From NCBI RefSeq assembly GCF_001194135.2, contig NC_068982.1, positions 16,253,292-16,317,291 on the forward strand: a DNA stretch of 64,000 nucleotides. Direction: 5' to 3'. Both the position numbers and the translations under genes were made by a program. Positions 1-12,515 of the stretch are shown here, piece by piece. Within the stretch, counting starts at the first letter, position 1. Every line of letters begins with the position of its first letter. Source of the stretch: Octopus bimaculoides (taxonomy: Eukaryota). Below the pieces are notes generated by a model. That model was given only the letters and a program-made list of their open reading frames with translations. It ran no database searches and was not told where the DNA came from.

Positions 1-750
1 CCATGAGCCTCAATACTTAGCTGGAACTTCATTTTATTGACCATAGAGGGTTAAAAGGCAGAGCTGACCTTGACAGGATTGGAACTCAAAACATAAAGTG
101 CTGAAATAAATGTCATAAAATACATTTCTTGTAATGATCTAATAGTTCTGCCAATCCACTGCCTTGATCATTAATAATAACAATGGATTTTAATTGAAAC
201 ACAAAGATAGTGATTTGGGTGGAAGGGAAATAGTTGATTGCATCAGCTCCCTCCAGTACTTGACTGGTACTTTATTTAATCAACCCCAAGAGAATAAAAG
301 GCAAGAGTGACCAAGCCAGAACAATTACCACAAGGCATTCATTCTGATGTAACGATTGCTAATCCACTGCCCTTTATTTTAATAAAAACTCAAGACCAGA
401 AATTTGGTGGAAGGGAGGAATCAATTGAATTGACCCCAGTACAATCTTGGAAGGAAGAAAAGCAATGTTGACCTTGAAAGAATTTGAACACAGAACATAA
501 AGTGCTGCAACAAATATTACCAGACTTTGTCCAAAGCTCTATAATAATTATTTCCGGTTTAAGTAAAAGGCCAATGATTTTAAGGGGAGCAGTTTAGTTG
601 ATACTATCAACCTCAGTACTTGAGTGATACTTAATTTTATTACTTTCAGAGTAATAAAAGCAAGACTGACCTTGGCAGAACATAAAGAACCAGAACAAAT
701 ATTGCAAGACCTTTTATCTGACACTCTAAGGATTCTGCTAAACCATTTCT
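1..750 (-). mobile_element. Four decayed tandem copies of SINE family M (Meta-domain-like)
   Basis: The motif series CCCCAGTA..ACTGGTAC..ATTTAT..GACCC..AAAGGCAA.GTTGACC..GAACTCAGAAC recurs at about 1-170, 200-375, 390-545 and 560-750, matching the better-preserved copies at 12516 and 42216. Confidence 0.6.
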
Positions 751-870
751 AACACATGAATAAAGCCAAAGCACTTTTTTTTCTATATTTGGTGGAAGAG
801 AAGATTTTTCAGCAGTCAGTGGTGCTACCAAGGAAGAGTATAAACATGGGCAACAGTAAAGAGTCTGTAT

Positions 871-917
871 TAACCCTAACCCTAACCCTAACCCTAACCC
901 TAACCCTAACCCTAACC
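871..917 (-). repeat. Interstitial telomere-type repeat (TTAGGG)n, about 8 units
   Basis: Perfect (TAACCC)7 TAACC on the + strand. Confidence 0.95.
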
Positions 918-1340
918 TTCAATGCCTCAAATGTGTCTCATCAGTATTGATTTCTAACTAAGACACAGGAATCTGCTCAAACATGTATGTGTGTATGCAC
1001 GAATTAATGTATGTATGTATGTATGTATGTATGTATGCATATACAAATGCGAAAACATTTCATATTCATAAGCATTTTTAAACATGCTTCTAAATTACTG
1101 ATAACACATATTTTTTTTATCGTGCCTTAAATGACAATCCATTTTATTGACCTAATGTCTTCTCATTAATATGCACAATTTCATATATTTTTTAAAAGAT
1201 CAATTTATTGTTCAATCTCTTCTAATCATCACCCAGCAATACTTTTCTGTTTGGAAAAGTTTGAAAACAGAATTAAATTAATCAATGTAAATCTTCGAAA
1301 TATCAAACATGATGAAGAAACAATTCTGTAAACCTACTTT

Positions 1341-1377
<37 letters not shown>

Positions 1378-2289
1378 CAATTTAACAAAAATTTCAAAGT
1401 TGTCTAAGCAACTTGATAAAAAGAATTTTTTTTTTTAATAAAACAAAATGAGTTGAACACCAGCATATTAAGAATATTATTCGAAATACCCTGTACTTAC
1501 TTTCAACGGAACCGAACAAAGTAAATCAACAGTATTGACAAAAACTGCATCTTTCTTTCTCTCTCCAATTATTTACATTACCAAATTGAAATTTTAAAAG
1601 TTATATATGTAATTTCCATTGTGATGCTGTATAACTGAATTGTAGAGTTTGGTGAACGGTAACACAATAAATGCACTTTCTGAATCAGTAGACAAGGTCA
1701 TATAGTTACTGAGGTCATTGAAACACAGTTTTAAAATCTGAATATTATATATATTTGTATGCAATTCCACAACCACTTCTCAAGGTGTTAGGCGATTCAT
1801 TAGCTTAACTCTCATACACTGCAGTGAAATTTATCGTAATAGTTCTCATTCAAAAAGAATGACAAGGAACATCTTAAAATATAGAGAACATGTGTGAATC
1901 AGACAAAAGAAAATGAGATAAAAATATATAATCATAATTCAAAAGAGTTTATATGTATAATGCAGAAGAAATTAATTCAGTATGAATATTCTTCCTCTAC
2001 ACACTCTCTGTCCTGTGAGTACACCATTATTTAAACATATACATTTGCATGCATATATACATGTATATGTTACATATACACATATACATGTATATATATA
2101 TATATATATATGCATATATGTGTGTGTGTATACACACACATGCACGTGCAAACACAAGTATGTGGATAAACAAGTAGAGACATTTGAATCATCCTATCAC
2201 CTCTCAAAATTCTTTACATGTAAAATTAAAGTCAAATGTTAAATTTAGAGAACATTGCTATTGGCTTAATGTCTTGGAATTCACATCAA

Positions 2290-3760
2290 GGATCCAGCAA
2301 GCATCTCAGAATACTGAAAGACTTCCACATGACTGGAAGACTGCAGTTTTACTGATTCTTTTCAAGAACGGCAACATGATGCCACATTAGAACTAGTTTG
2401 GAATCAATGTGTTTAATGTTGCCAAAAAAAGTTTTACCATTATCTCCTGAAATTATTTTCCCTATATCAGAGATGCTCATACTTAATCAAACTTAGTGAT
2501 CTATGGATGTGCTGATCAATTCTTCAGACTGTAATGTCTTTTGAATGAAAAGATGATTTATCCAGCAATCTACAGTCGTTTTGTTTGTGGGGTGTGTGAC
2601 CATTTTCAGTTTAGTATCACATCAGTAACTGTGGAATATAATGGAAGCATGCTACCAAAGTTGTTCTGCTTCATTACGTAGGACTAATCAGCATTCTGAC
2701 CAAAGTCGAAATACTGGGTCATCCCATAAATAGTACAGTTTTTTAAACTTCTTTTATTTTTCAAGATTAAGATAAACAAAGTTCCTTTTTAATCTAAAAT
2801 ATACCCTCCTTCATTTTCTACAATTCTCTTCCATCTATCTGGTAGACTTGCAAAGCCCCTCTTCCAAAAAATCACTTGTCTGTGATGAAAAATACTCCTC
2901 CAGTTCTGCTCTGACCTCGTCTACAGAATTCATATTTTTTCCATCCAAATGATTTTGAAGACTACGGAATAAATGATAATCTGATGGGGCAATGTCCGGC
3001 GAATATGGTGGGTAGGGCATCCTTTACTCATTCAAACTGCTTCAGCCTTTGGAATGTCATTTTCACTGTATGTGGCCAAGCAATATGATAGAAGAACACC
3101 TTTCACCTTGAAACCAAAGATGGTCACTTTCCTTCTAGAGCTAACTTGAATGACTCGTTGAATGACCAAATACAGGCTCTTCTACTAGTTCCTCAACAGT
3201 TATATATATGCATATATATGCATATATATATGTACATATATATATGTTCCACCAGGGTTAGCAGGATGTCCTTGTCGAGCTCTACAGATCTTCCAGGACA
3301 AGACACGTCTTCTAGACTGTAGTTTCTGGCTCGTAAATTCTGGAACCACCACTGACACTGGCTAATGCTTATCGTCCGATCCCCATATACTGCATTAATA
3401 TTCCTCACACTTTCCATTGCATTGTTGCCTTTATTGAATTCATTAAGCAAAATATGCTGAATATGCTCCTTTGTCACTTCCATTACAGCTTCGAAGAAAT
3501 AACTGTTAAAATTGAACTGCACTTTTCAAAACTTGCACTAAGAATAAGAACAAGATAAAATTACTATTTGTTTTTATAGTAAGTTAATGCAGATAGTTAA
3601 CCCATACACTTCCAACTTTTAGTTCATGCAATTGAAAAAACCACATTTTTTTATGTGATGAACCAATATGGAAAGCCATGGATCTTGAAATGATGTACAA
3701 CAAGTTTGCATACTCTCACCAGCCTTATTCCACTATGAGATAGATTAGGTGCTGTCCATT
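2290..3760 (+). mobile_element. Decayed RTE-type LINE reverse transcriptase fragment, split by the mariner
   Basis: LPHDWKTAVLLILFKNGN (RT domain 1-like) near 2320-2380, GCADQ-like motif near 2505, and VQQVCILSPALF (QG.ILSP.LF-like) at about 3697-3735 right after the mariner; stops and frameshifts throughout. Confidence 0.55.
2714..3666 (-). mobile_element. Internally deleted mariner (Tc1/mariner) transposon
   Basis: TIRs CTGGGTCATCCCATAAATA (2714) and TTATGTGATGAACCAA (to 3666), each flanked by TA. N-terminal HTH-type ORF 3193-3522 (HILLNEFNKGNNA...WFQ) and C-terminal PYPPYSPDIAPSDYHLF (2835-3020); the segment with the first catalytic Asp is missing. Confidence 0.92.
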
Positions 3761-6024
3761 ACTTTCATTGACAATCAGTGAGTTCAACTAGGTCAGGTTA
3801 TAAACACTCACAGACCTTCTTTTACTATTTAGGTAACATTCCTCTCATAAGCTGATATCTGTGGAACCACAAAATTCTCACAAATGCTTTGAAGTGGTTG
3901 GCCTGGATGTTAATATAGTCAAAGCCAATGGCTTGGTAGCTTGTTTTATTAAAAGAAATGTGTCATCACTGTCAATAAAATTCATTCATTCTCTTCCTAC
4001 CAACTGGGCAAGCCATAAACAAAACTGAGTTTAGCCCATTTGACCAAGTACAACCACACCTTGTTCAAGCTTGTTACATTGTGAAACCACTGTCATCTAT
4101 TTTCAGAACCCTAGTTAGGTCAGACATGTTGACAAACTTCAGAAGCCTTTCATTTACGCTACCAGTCCTCTAGTTTAATATTTCAGTTAAGGGAGCTCTC
4201 ATAGTTGGCCACTGAAATCATGAGTGAAGGTCAATAGAACATGAGGTGGATTCAAATCCAGTCCAAACTGATGAAATAGTAGTTAGCAGCAAGTATTCAG
4301 CTGAAACGTTCAACTAGAGGAGTCAGCTAAGCCTGTCTCCTGAATGTCAATATAAAAACAAATAAGTATTGAAATTCAGTTCCTATAAAAAATAGAAAGA
4401 TAATAGGAACTTTCAAACATAAAAGAGGAAAAACATGCATAATATAATAAAGAAAGGGTTGCACTCTGAAAAATATCTGAAATTAATTGAATGCATTTCA
4501 TAAGAAAAAAGAAACATGGTAGGAAAAGAAATTACTGATATACTATAGAGAGAAAATAAGATCTGAAGATAATAAGAAACAAAATTAGAGAAAACATTTT
4601 TTTTTTTTAAATAATCAAAGTAATCACAAATATCATGGAACTTTTTTTTTTTTTAATATGAAAATAGATTGAAGCAAATTCTTGGAAAATAAGCTCAAAA
4701 TAGAACCAGAAATATAAAGTTAATTCAGATGATCAATTCTCAATAAGGGCACCAAATAAAATTAAAAAAATAAAAAAAGACAGAAATTAATCTGGCAAGA
4801 AGTATCCTGTAAGGAATACATTCTGGTATCATGAAATAGATTCTTGAAATAACTTGAATACTTCAATTGTTCTTTCATTGTATGAATTTATAAATGGTTG
4901 TAGCTACATGTATGTACATAAGCTGGTCTAACATTTAGATATGTACACAATTGTTCTTGAAAATAATAAACACAAGATTACATTGTTTCTAAAACCATCA
5001 GAAAGAGACATAAAGTGTTCACTATATGCAGTTTACCTTTTCTTTCCTGGTGTATACAGACACATGAACACATGCAGGTGAAAATATACAACCAATAAGA
5101 ACAATGAGAGCATTTAATTCCATATTTGATACAAGAATATTTGAATGGCTGTAAGTAAACCTATATTGATCCACTTTTAGAAGACACTTGAAAACTGATA
5201 TTACAGTAAAAGTGGAGTAAAAGGAGAGGAGAAAATAAAGATATACAGGTACAGCTAATATATAATAAAGTTCTGGAGTAAAAACAATAATTTTAAAGTG
5301 TTCTAAGGATTTGTAATTATATAATGCAGTAGTAGTTAATGGTGAAGGTGATATGTCAAAAGAAACTAAATTATAGACTACCAAATCTTGATGGAATATC
5401 TTATAGTATGTAAAGATTTTAAGAAATCAAAATCTAATAGGTGTCAGTATGGTCCACAATTAACAACACATGCTTAAGATAAGAAGCGAACACTGTTGGT
5501 GAGCTTGCAATGTATTCTTTCGTGGATAGACTTAAGACGGTGACGTAAATCTGCTAATTTACTAGACTGGTTTTGAAAATTAGGCAGAATGTGATAAGAA
5601 CGAATAAAGGAAACATATTATCAAACCTGATTTATCAAAGAGATATAAAGGTCAGAACTAAAATTTGGTGAAATTGCATTATCTTTGGTATCAATTAAAA
5701 TAGCCTAAATATTAAGGGACAGAAATAGAACAGCAAAGGAGAGATTGTTTGAAATATATATTGAATAAGAATATATCTGAGGAATTTAGTTTGGTTCTTA
5801 TAATATTTATGTAGTTAATCGTAGATGGTAAACTTGAAGCAAACAAATTTCACTTCACCTCATATCACTAATTCTCTTGGGAAATGCATAAACATTACAA
5901 CTATCAACTCTTATTCTTTTACATTTTTAGACATTCTAATATAACTGCAAAAAGCAATGGGGAAATCAATCAGTTTTATTATTTTAAGAAATTTGAAGAT
6001 AATCATAGCAAGCTTGGTCTAAAA

Positions 6025-6415
6025 CAAAGGCTCTCAACCTATTTTGAGCAAAGGCCTCCTTTTGACCCTTGGAGTCACAAATGCCACCCCCCAGTAACTA
6101 TTTTTATTTTTGAATATACTACTTATTTTGATATCAGCAGATAATGATTAAAAAATAAAGGATGTCGTTTTACATATGCACTTGTACACAGTTGGAAGTA
6201 CAGATGTACAAATTGAAATGAAAAAAAAAATGAAATAATTAACTGAAAGTTTGGTAATTGCGCTTATTTCCACCATGCGACACTTATGAGATCAACATGC
6301 TGTCTATCGAAAGAGTGCTCTTTGGTACAAGAGAGCCCCTTTGCTCCAAAATGCCCCCTTGAGTTCCAAATGGCCCCACCCCAGGAGGCCATATAGTCCC
6401 TGTTGAGAACCTTTG
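6025..6415. mobile_element. hAT (Charlie/Buster-like) MITE
   Basis: TIRs CAAAGGCTCTCAAC and GTTGAGAACCTTTG; perfect 8-bp TSD GTCTAAAA at 6017-6024 and 6416-6423. Confidence 0.9.
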
Positions 6416-7847
6416 GTCTAAAAGCAGATACGTTTTACAAAAACAGCTAAAGGCATCAAATAGTAGAAGAGCCTTTAAGAGGTATGTTACAAGAAAGTAA
6501 AATAAATATATGGCATATTCCAAACTGTTACAGTTCACCATATATGATAAACCAGTGTATGTCAGAGTATGCAGGATTGTCTTTCTGTAAGAGAAGCACG
6601 GTATATCTATAGCAATGAATCTGCAGCCTGTACGTAATAGTTTGACACTTTATATATATAACATATGCCTTCTCGCTAAGAGCTGAACAGCACTTTACAA
6701 CAGCATAAACATATTGGAATGTTATTAAAAATTACACGGTTCTATTTTTTTTTTTTTATAACTTTTTGATCTTCAAAAGTTAATAGCTAATGTTTTTTAA
6801 TAAGTCTATTATATTTATATGATGACTGATAAGAATAAATGCCTACAGCACTATTTTCCAAGGTTATATCAGCTGAATATGCTTTTACTCATCTGAACAT
6901 TAGTTATGAGTTTATTACACCAATTTGTTACAAATGCTATGAATGGATGTATAGTATATTGTATCTCTTTACATAGAAAAGTTTCTTAATTAACAATATA
7001 TCATGGTGTCAGATTAATGATATATCATTATCATTGCTGTGTAATTAATCCTAAGCAGACTTGTGGCACAGAGTCAGCCAAACAAATTAGTATGGTCCTA
7101 AATCTACAGCTATAACTATACCATGCCTTCATTCAATTGAAAACTACTCTGCACATTTTGATATGTAATGGTTGATTGTATGTGCTGTACTATGGTACTC
7201 TAGACAGAATGTACTCTCCCGAGGAAGCTTGTATACTGTTGCTAAACCTGCTAGATATAGCAACCATATATGTCCCTCAACCCACTCTCTATTATCTTTA
7301 AAATGATTGGTTTTATATTGGATGACTCAGTCTTGGATGTAATATACCAGAAAAGAAGGTAGGATGATAAACAAAGCTCAAAAAACCAGCTGAATTATAA
7401 AGATTTGTCACAAAAATCTATGAAATACATCACTGATCTGAGGTGATATATTTAGCACACATAGAACAGCTTTTGATAGGTTTCTTTTTTTTTTTCTTGT
7501 AGATGGTATCTAGTTTGTTCCAAATCAAGCTGAAGTCAATTTCACTTTTTGTCCTTCCAATATCAAAATTATCACCAGTAAAATATTTTAACAACATGAA
7601 ATGTATCCCTTCCTCTCTAAAATTTGATCTTCTGCTTTATCAAAGAAATTATATGTATTTGTATTGCCAGCTAACAAAACTATGATAACTTATTATTAAT
7701 AATAATTAGTTTTAGAATACTTGTCTAAGCCATCTGTTATTTCTCTACAGATTATAAGTTAACCAGCAGCTATTAGTAACAACCATTTTGTTAATGCAGA
7801 AAGAAATCTCATATCAATTATCATTAATTCTAACATATCATATTCAA

Positions 7848-8327
7848 CCCTTTAGCATTCAGATCATTCTGTCAAACGTAATGCTTATCATTATCATCAT
7901 CGTAGTTTAACGTCTGCTTTCCATGCTAGCATGGGTTGGACGATTTGACTGAGGCCTGGTGAAACCGGATGGCAACATCAGGCTCCAATCTAATTTGGCA
8001 GAGTTTCTACAGCTGGATGCCCTTCCTAACGCCAACCACTCAGAGAGTGTAGTGGGTGCTTTTACGTGTCACCCGCACGAAAACGGCCACGCTTGAAATG
8101 GTGTCTTTTATGTGCCACCCGCACAAGCCAGTCCAGGGGCACTGGCAACGATTCACATTATTTTGAATAACTCATGCATTATCTTATAGCTTTCAGATTT
8201 CAATGACATGACTTTTTATGTTTAGAATGACAATGTTGGAGGCAGCGTGAGAGGCTTGATCTTGCCAGTTTGAACATAAAACAGAAAGAATATTTGGCTG
8301 GATATGGCCAGTTTAAATGCTAAAGGG
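7848..8327 (-). mobile_element. piggyBac-type MITE family PB-A, interrupted by a family B copy
   Basis: TIRs CCCTTTAGCATT (7848-7859) and AATGCTAAAGGG (8316-8327), flanked by TCAA/TTAA; body matches the uninterrupted copy at 44238-44457 in reverse orientation. Confidence 0.85.
7888..8150 (-). mobile_element. Family B retro-repeat (RTE-type 3' tail)
   Basis: (ATC)n then GTTTAACGTC...GGATGCCCTTCCTAACGCCAACCAC; close match to 63765-64000. Confidence 0.85.
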
Positions 8328-8399
8328 TTAAGCTCATCAGTTAGTTGCAGTTCAGTCATATTCACATTTATATTGTTATGCTCATTGTATCGTGAAGAG

Positions 8400-8700
8400 T
8401 TAGAGCTGACCAAGTCATTGTGGTGTTGGCCTATCTGAAAAATCAATTGTTTGAATCGAGTTAACAATGCTATGCCAAGGACCTGGCAAAGATACTAAAT
8501 GGCCTAGGCTTCTCAGCAGAAAATATGTACCATGTGGAAGTTTAAGTTCAGTGTTGTAAGCAAGAAAGATATTGCATAACTAACTAGATGCATTTGGATG
8601 ATGTCTTGCTACCTCTGAGTGCTGAGAGCAAATCCTCTCACAGGTCTAGAGAAATAACAGGATCCACTCCAGACCTCTTATTGCATTTCAAGAAAATAAA
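8400..8700 (+). mobile_element. Possible old CR1-like LINE RT remnant
   Basis: Translations YAKDLA (YADD-like) followed by WKFKFSV (W.L.FN-like); heavily decayed. Confidence 0.3.
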
Positions 8701-8770
8701 CATCCTTTCTCTTGAGACAATAAAGTTAATCACTTAATGATGAATATTTCTGGTTGAGAAAATTCTAAGA

Positions 8771-9043
8771 CAATGGTTCTCAACTGGGGTCCATATGACA
8801 CTGGCNNNNNNNNNNNNNNNNNNNNNNNNNNNNNNNNNNNNNNNGGGGGGGGGGGGGGGGGGGGATCATACCAGATTTTGTTGCTAAAATTCATGTGCAA
8901 CAAATTGGTTATACTTCTAGAATGCACAAAATTGTTCAACATATTTTCAATACGACTCCAAACAATATTTAATTATGAAAGTAAAATATGATTTTTTTGA
9001 ACATCAAAGATGTCCATAAGTAAAAAATGGTTGACAACCACTG
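8771..9043. mobile_element. hAT (Charlie-like) MITE containing an assembly gap
   Basis: TIRs CAATGGTTCTCAAC and GTTGACAACCACTG; flanks TTCTAAGA and GTCTAGAA resemble the NTCTAGAN target consensus. Confidence 0.75.
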
Positions 9044-10319
9044 GTCTAGAAAGACATCAAATAAATAAAATACTGACGCTGAGAGATACATAAAATAAAA
9101 AATAAAATAAATGAAACATTTATTCATCACATTTTTTAATACAAGCTGTAAGACAAAGTGTACTTCAAGAATCTTTATACTGAGATTATGGATAAAGACA
9201 AAAGTTTTGATTTCAGGTCTCATAACAACAACAACAAAAAAATTTTAATAAAATCAAAAAAAAAGTCAGTATAACACAGTAAATATCATGATACATCTAA
9301 CTGTGCAGTGTGTAATGCATAAGATAGGCAAAATATTTCATAACAAGAGACAGAATAATTAGTTACGTGTTATAAACCATGATAATATTATTAAATGGGT
9401 TTAATATCTATGAATAATTTACCATCTTTGATGGGTGTGCTAGGTAAACCTGCACACCCAGAACATACATAACTACAACATTGACACTCAAAGATGATGG
9501 TGAAAATCAACACTAACAATCACTCTTGTAACTTAGATTTCTTCTGGTTTATCTGATTTAATGAGGTACATTTAAGAGGCGCTCACTGCAATTACTTTTC
9601 ACAAATAAATGACATCCAGGAGATAAACCTAGTACAAAATCTTTAATAAGAAACAAGAAATAGAATTTTTTCAGTCAAAATCTTATTAACATCAAAATAA
9701 CTATGTATGGCTTTTTAATTTCAAATTCATTGTGTTTTGTTGTCTATGTAAGCACCTGCACTTAGCAGTCAAGAACAGTTACCAGTTCATCTGGAAGTGT
9801 TACTTGAAATAAACTGTTATTTTATGCAAAAGGAGATTTAATTCTTAATTGCTTCATGCCATGAAACAAGAGCTAAAGTCAAGAATACTTTGGGATAAAG
9901 GATTTTCTTCTATCCCAAAGTGCTCTGAGGTTTAACTCCAGTTCTCATCAAAGTATCTACTTTGAATCAGAGATAAATGCTAGCTTTTAAAGGCTTTTTA
10001 GAGCTTAGGAAGCATTCACACCAAGATAAATGGAAATGTATTGAGAAATTTTCTTTGGAAATTAACTATTCATAATTAACTGTAATTATTCAAAGAGTCA
10101 AATGGCTTCTAAACTTAAAGCTGGATTTCAGTGAGAGGGTATTTCAAATGTCACATCAATAAGATATCGGATAGCTTGGTGCTTAGACAGTCTCATATGA
10201 TTTACATTAACGTCTTTGCTATCAATTCATGAAGTAAAATTCATTATGATTTTATGCAAATATATATTCTGATAAATAAAGAATGGAAACAATTCATACA
10301 TCTATATCTATATTTGTCT

Positions 10320-10710
10320 GAGAATTCAGTGAAGATGGGTAGGATATGCTGTTCGAATGAAAGTCAAGAGCATTCTGAAAATTCTTTTGTATGGTCAACA
10401 TGTAGAAGGACACCATAGTAAAGGAAGATCCCCATCCTTAGGTGTAAGGATAAGTTGAAGCAATCACTAAAGTCTCTATAGCTTCATTGCCTAGATTGAT
10501 CTGTATGGTGTAAAATGTGTCATGATGCATCAAAACAACTTGAGTTGAAGAAACAGAACAATAAAAGAATTATTTCCTGCAAACAACAGACACATCTGCC
10601 CAATCCCAGGCAAAATCAGAATCACCATTGTCTACATTGTGACATCATAGCAAAATCCATATCTGGACTCTATTCATGCATCCATCACAAATAGACACAG
10701 CTTCTTTTAT
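10320..10710 (+). mobile_element. RTE (BovB-like) LINE 3' fragment
   Basis: RWVGYAVRM...KILLYGQ..G...KGR motif typical of the RTE ORF C-terminus, followed by a decayed Cys/His segment (HICP). Confidence 0.6.
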
Positions 10711-11272
10711 TCTTTTATTTTTAAAGTGGATTTTTCTTTGTTTCACATTTTTTTCTTTTTCTTACTTTTTTGAGGTTTTTTTCCTTTAAATCCTCTCCTT
10801 TAAACACTTACATATCAAAATTGATGGGAGTGACCATTGTAATATAAACAGTATTGACTTATAAACCGTTATTATACTTAATTGTAGATTATGGTCACAA
10901 AACTAAATATGGTGTCCCTGCCAGCAATTAATATGTACATACCAATTGCAAGGAATGTGTTTAATATGTAAATTGGTCTATCCAATAATGCTACACCATT
11001 AAACATAGTGGCTATTAAAACAATTTGTTCATGGAATGTTAATAGGTTGGATGTGATACTGAAGAAGGAGCAATAACTCATGAAATGTGCATATACACTT
11101 ACCACCTATCTTTCTATCTTTTATCACATTGTTTACATAGACGTATTCAAATACAAAGTATAGCAACTTTCAGTGTTGGTTCTAATTTCTATAGAAAATT
11201 TGTAGAGATAACTTAAAAGTGATGTGTGTGTGTATGTGTGTGTGTGTGTTATAAAGGGTAAAAGGTAAAAAC

Positions 11273-11606
11273 CTCACTTCAGTCATGGATGACCATGGGA
11301 TTCCACCCAGAAAGTTTCCCTTCAAGACACAAATCCAGGCAAGGTTGTTTATGGAAGACCAGCAGTTGCCCGTGCATACCAGCCTCCCCTCTTCATGCCA
11401 TCAATGTTATCCAAGGGAAAGGCAAAGGGGCCAATACAGCTTGGCACCACTGATGTCTCAGTTCATTTCTACAGCTGAGCGAACTGGAGCAACATGAAAT
11501 AAAGTATTTGCTCCAGAACACATCACACAACCTGGTCCGAGAATCGAACTCACTACCTCATGATTGTCAGCCCAATGCTCTAACCACTGAGCCATGCACC
11601 TTCACA
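11273..11606 (-). mobile_element. tRNA-derived SINE family C
   Basis: Minus-strand head GGTGCATGGCTCAGTGGTTAGAGC...GAGTTCGATTCTCGG (A and B boxes), CORE-like TTGCTCCAGTTCGCTCAGCTG, tail TTTTACCTTTTACC. Confidence 0.8.
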
Positions 11607-12066
11607 TGTATGTATTATATGCTGTATCGTATCAATGAATTTCGATTGACCAGCAGACCAATTTAGCAGTCAGCAGGACACTGTAAAAACAACCAATTGC
11701 AGCATTGCCATTTTAAATTTAGTCAATCACAAGTACAGACGATTGAGCAGTAGAAAAGCTATTTTAAAATTTATTTATTTAATTATATTCCTAATTGAAG
11801 AATGCAAATAGGCTTGGCTTACATGCATACACATAGTTTTGTGAGAAATTGAAGAGTGACAGTAATGAAGATTGAATATATTAATGATGGTAAATTAAAG
11901 GATTAAGTGAATATATTATTGATGTTATATTCTCATAAAGGACAGATTGAATATATTAGCAAGAGTATATTCCAATAAATTTAAGTATGAATATATCAAA
12001 GATGGTATATTCCAGTAAAGAATAGAATGAATATGTTAATAATAACAGATGCTAATAAATTATCGT

Positions 12067-12067
12067 A

Positions 12068-12138
<71 letters not shown>
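12067..12138. repeat. Compound (AAT)n(GAT)n microsatellite
   Basis: Directly visible; source of the poly-His/poly-Tyr ORF 11996-12223. Confidence 0.95.
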
Positions 12139-12141
<3 letters not shown>

Positions 12142-12229
12142 CTCTTTTATTGAAGATGGTGTATGAATTTTCAGCTTTTTTTTGCCGAACGACCTGCATA
12201 AACGATTTGTTTATAGTGATCAAATGTAT

Positions 12230-12435
12230 GTGCTGTACATTAACTCACACCTCCCATGAATTCAATGTTGTCTGAACAGGGGCACAGTGTGCCATGCGTC
12301 AGGTGTCACACTGAGCATAGAGCAATGAGAGATGAAGTGTTTTTGCTCAAGAACGCAATATACCGCCCAGTCTAGGAATTGAAAGTGCAATTTCATGATT
12401 GTGAGTGCAACACCTTAGATCACTAGGTCGTGTGA
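12230..12435 (-). mobile_element. Decayed tRNA-SINE, family C-like
   Basis: GAGCAATGAGAGATGAAGTGTTTTTGCTCAAGAAC matches the CORE-like segment of 11273 and 62195; degenerate tRNA head toward 12435. Confidence 0.6.
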
Positions 12436-12515
12436 GGACACATGGCCATGTGGCTAAGATGTTGCACTAGTAATAATAACAACAACAACAACAGCAACAA
12501 CAATAATAATAATAA

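Noticed and set aside
4400-5800. Possible ancient LINE body
   Set aside because: A-rich with only faint RT-like words; no ordered motif series could be read.
7503-7685. ORF directly behind a strong acceptor-like poly-T tract
   Set aside because: The other two frames stop quickly, the open frame has no recognisable motif, and poly-T runs are common here.
8844-8864. Poly-G runs as G-quadruplex elements (also 41810-41820)
   Set aside because: Both abut N gaps, so length and context are unreliable.
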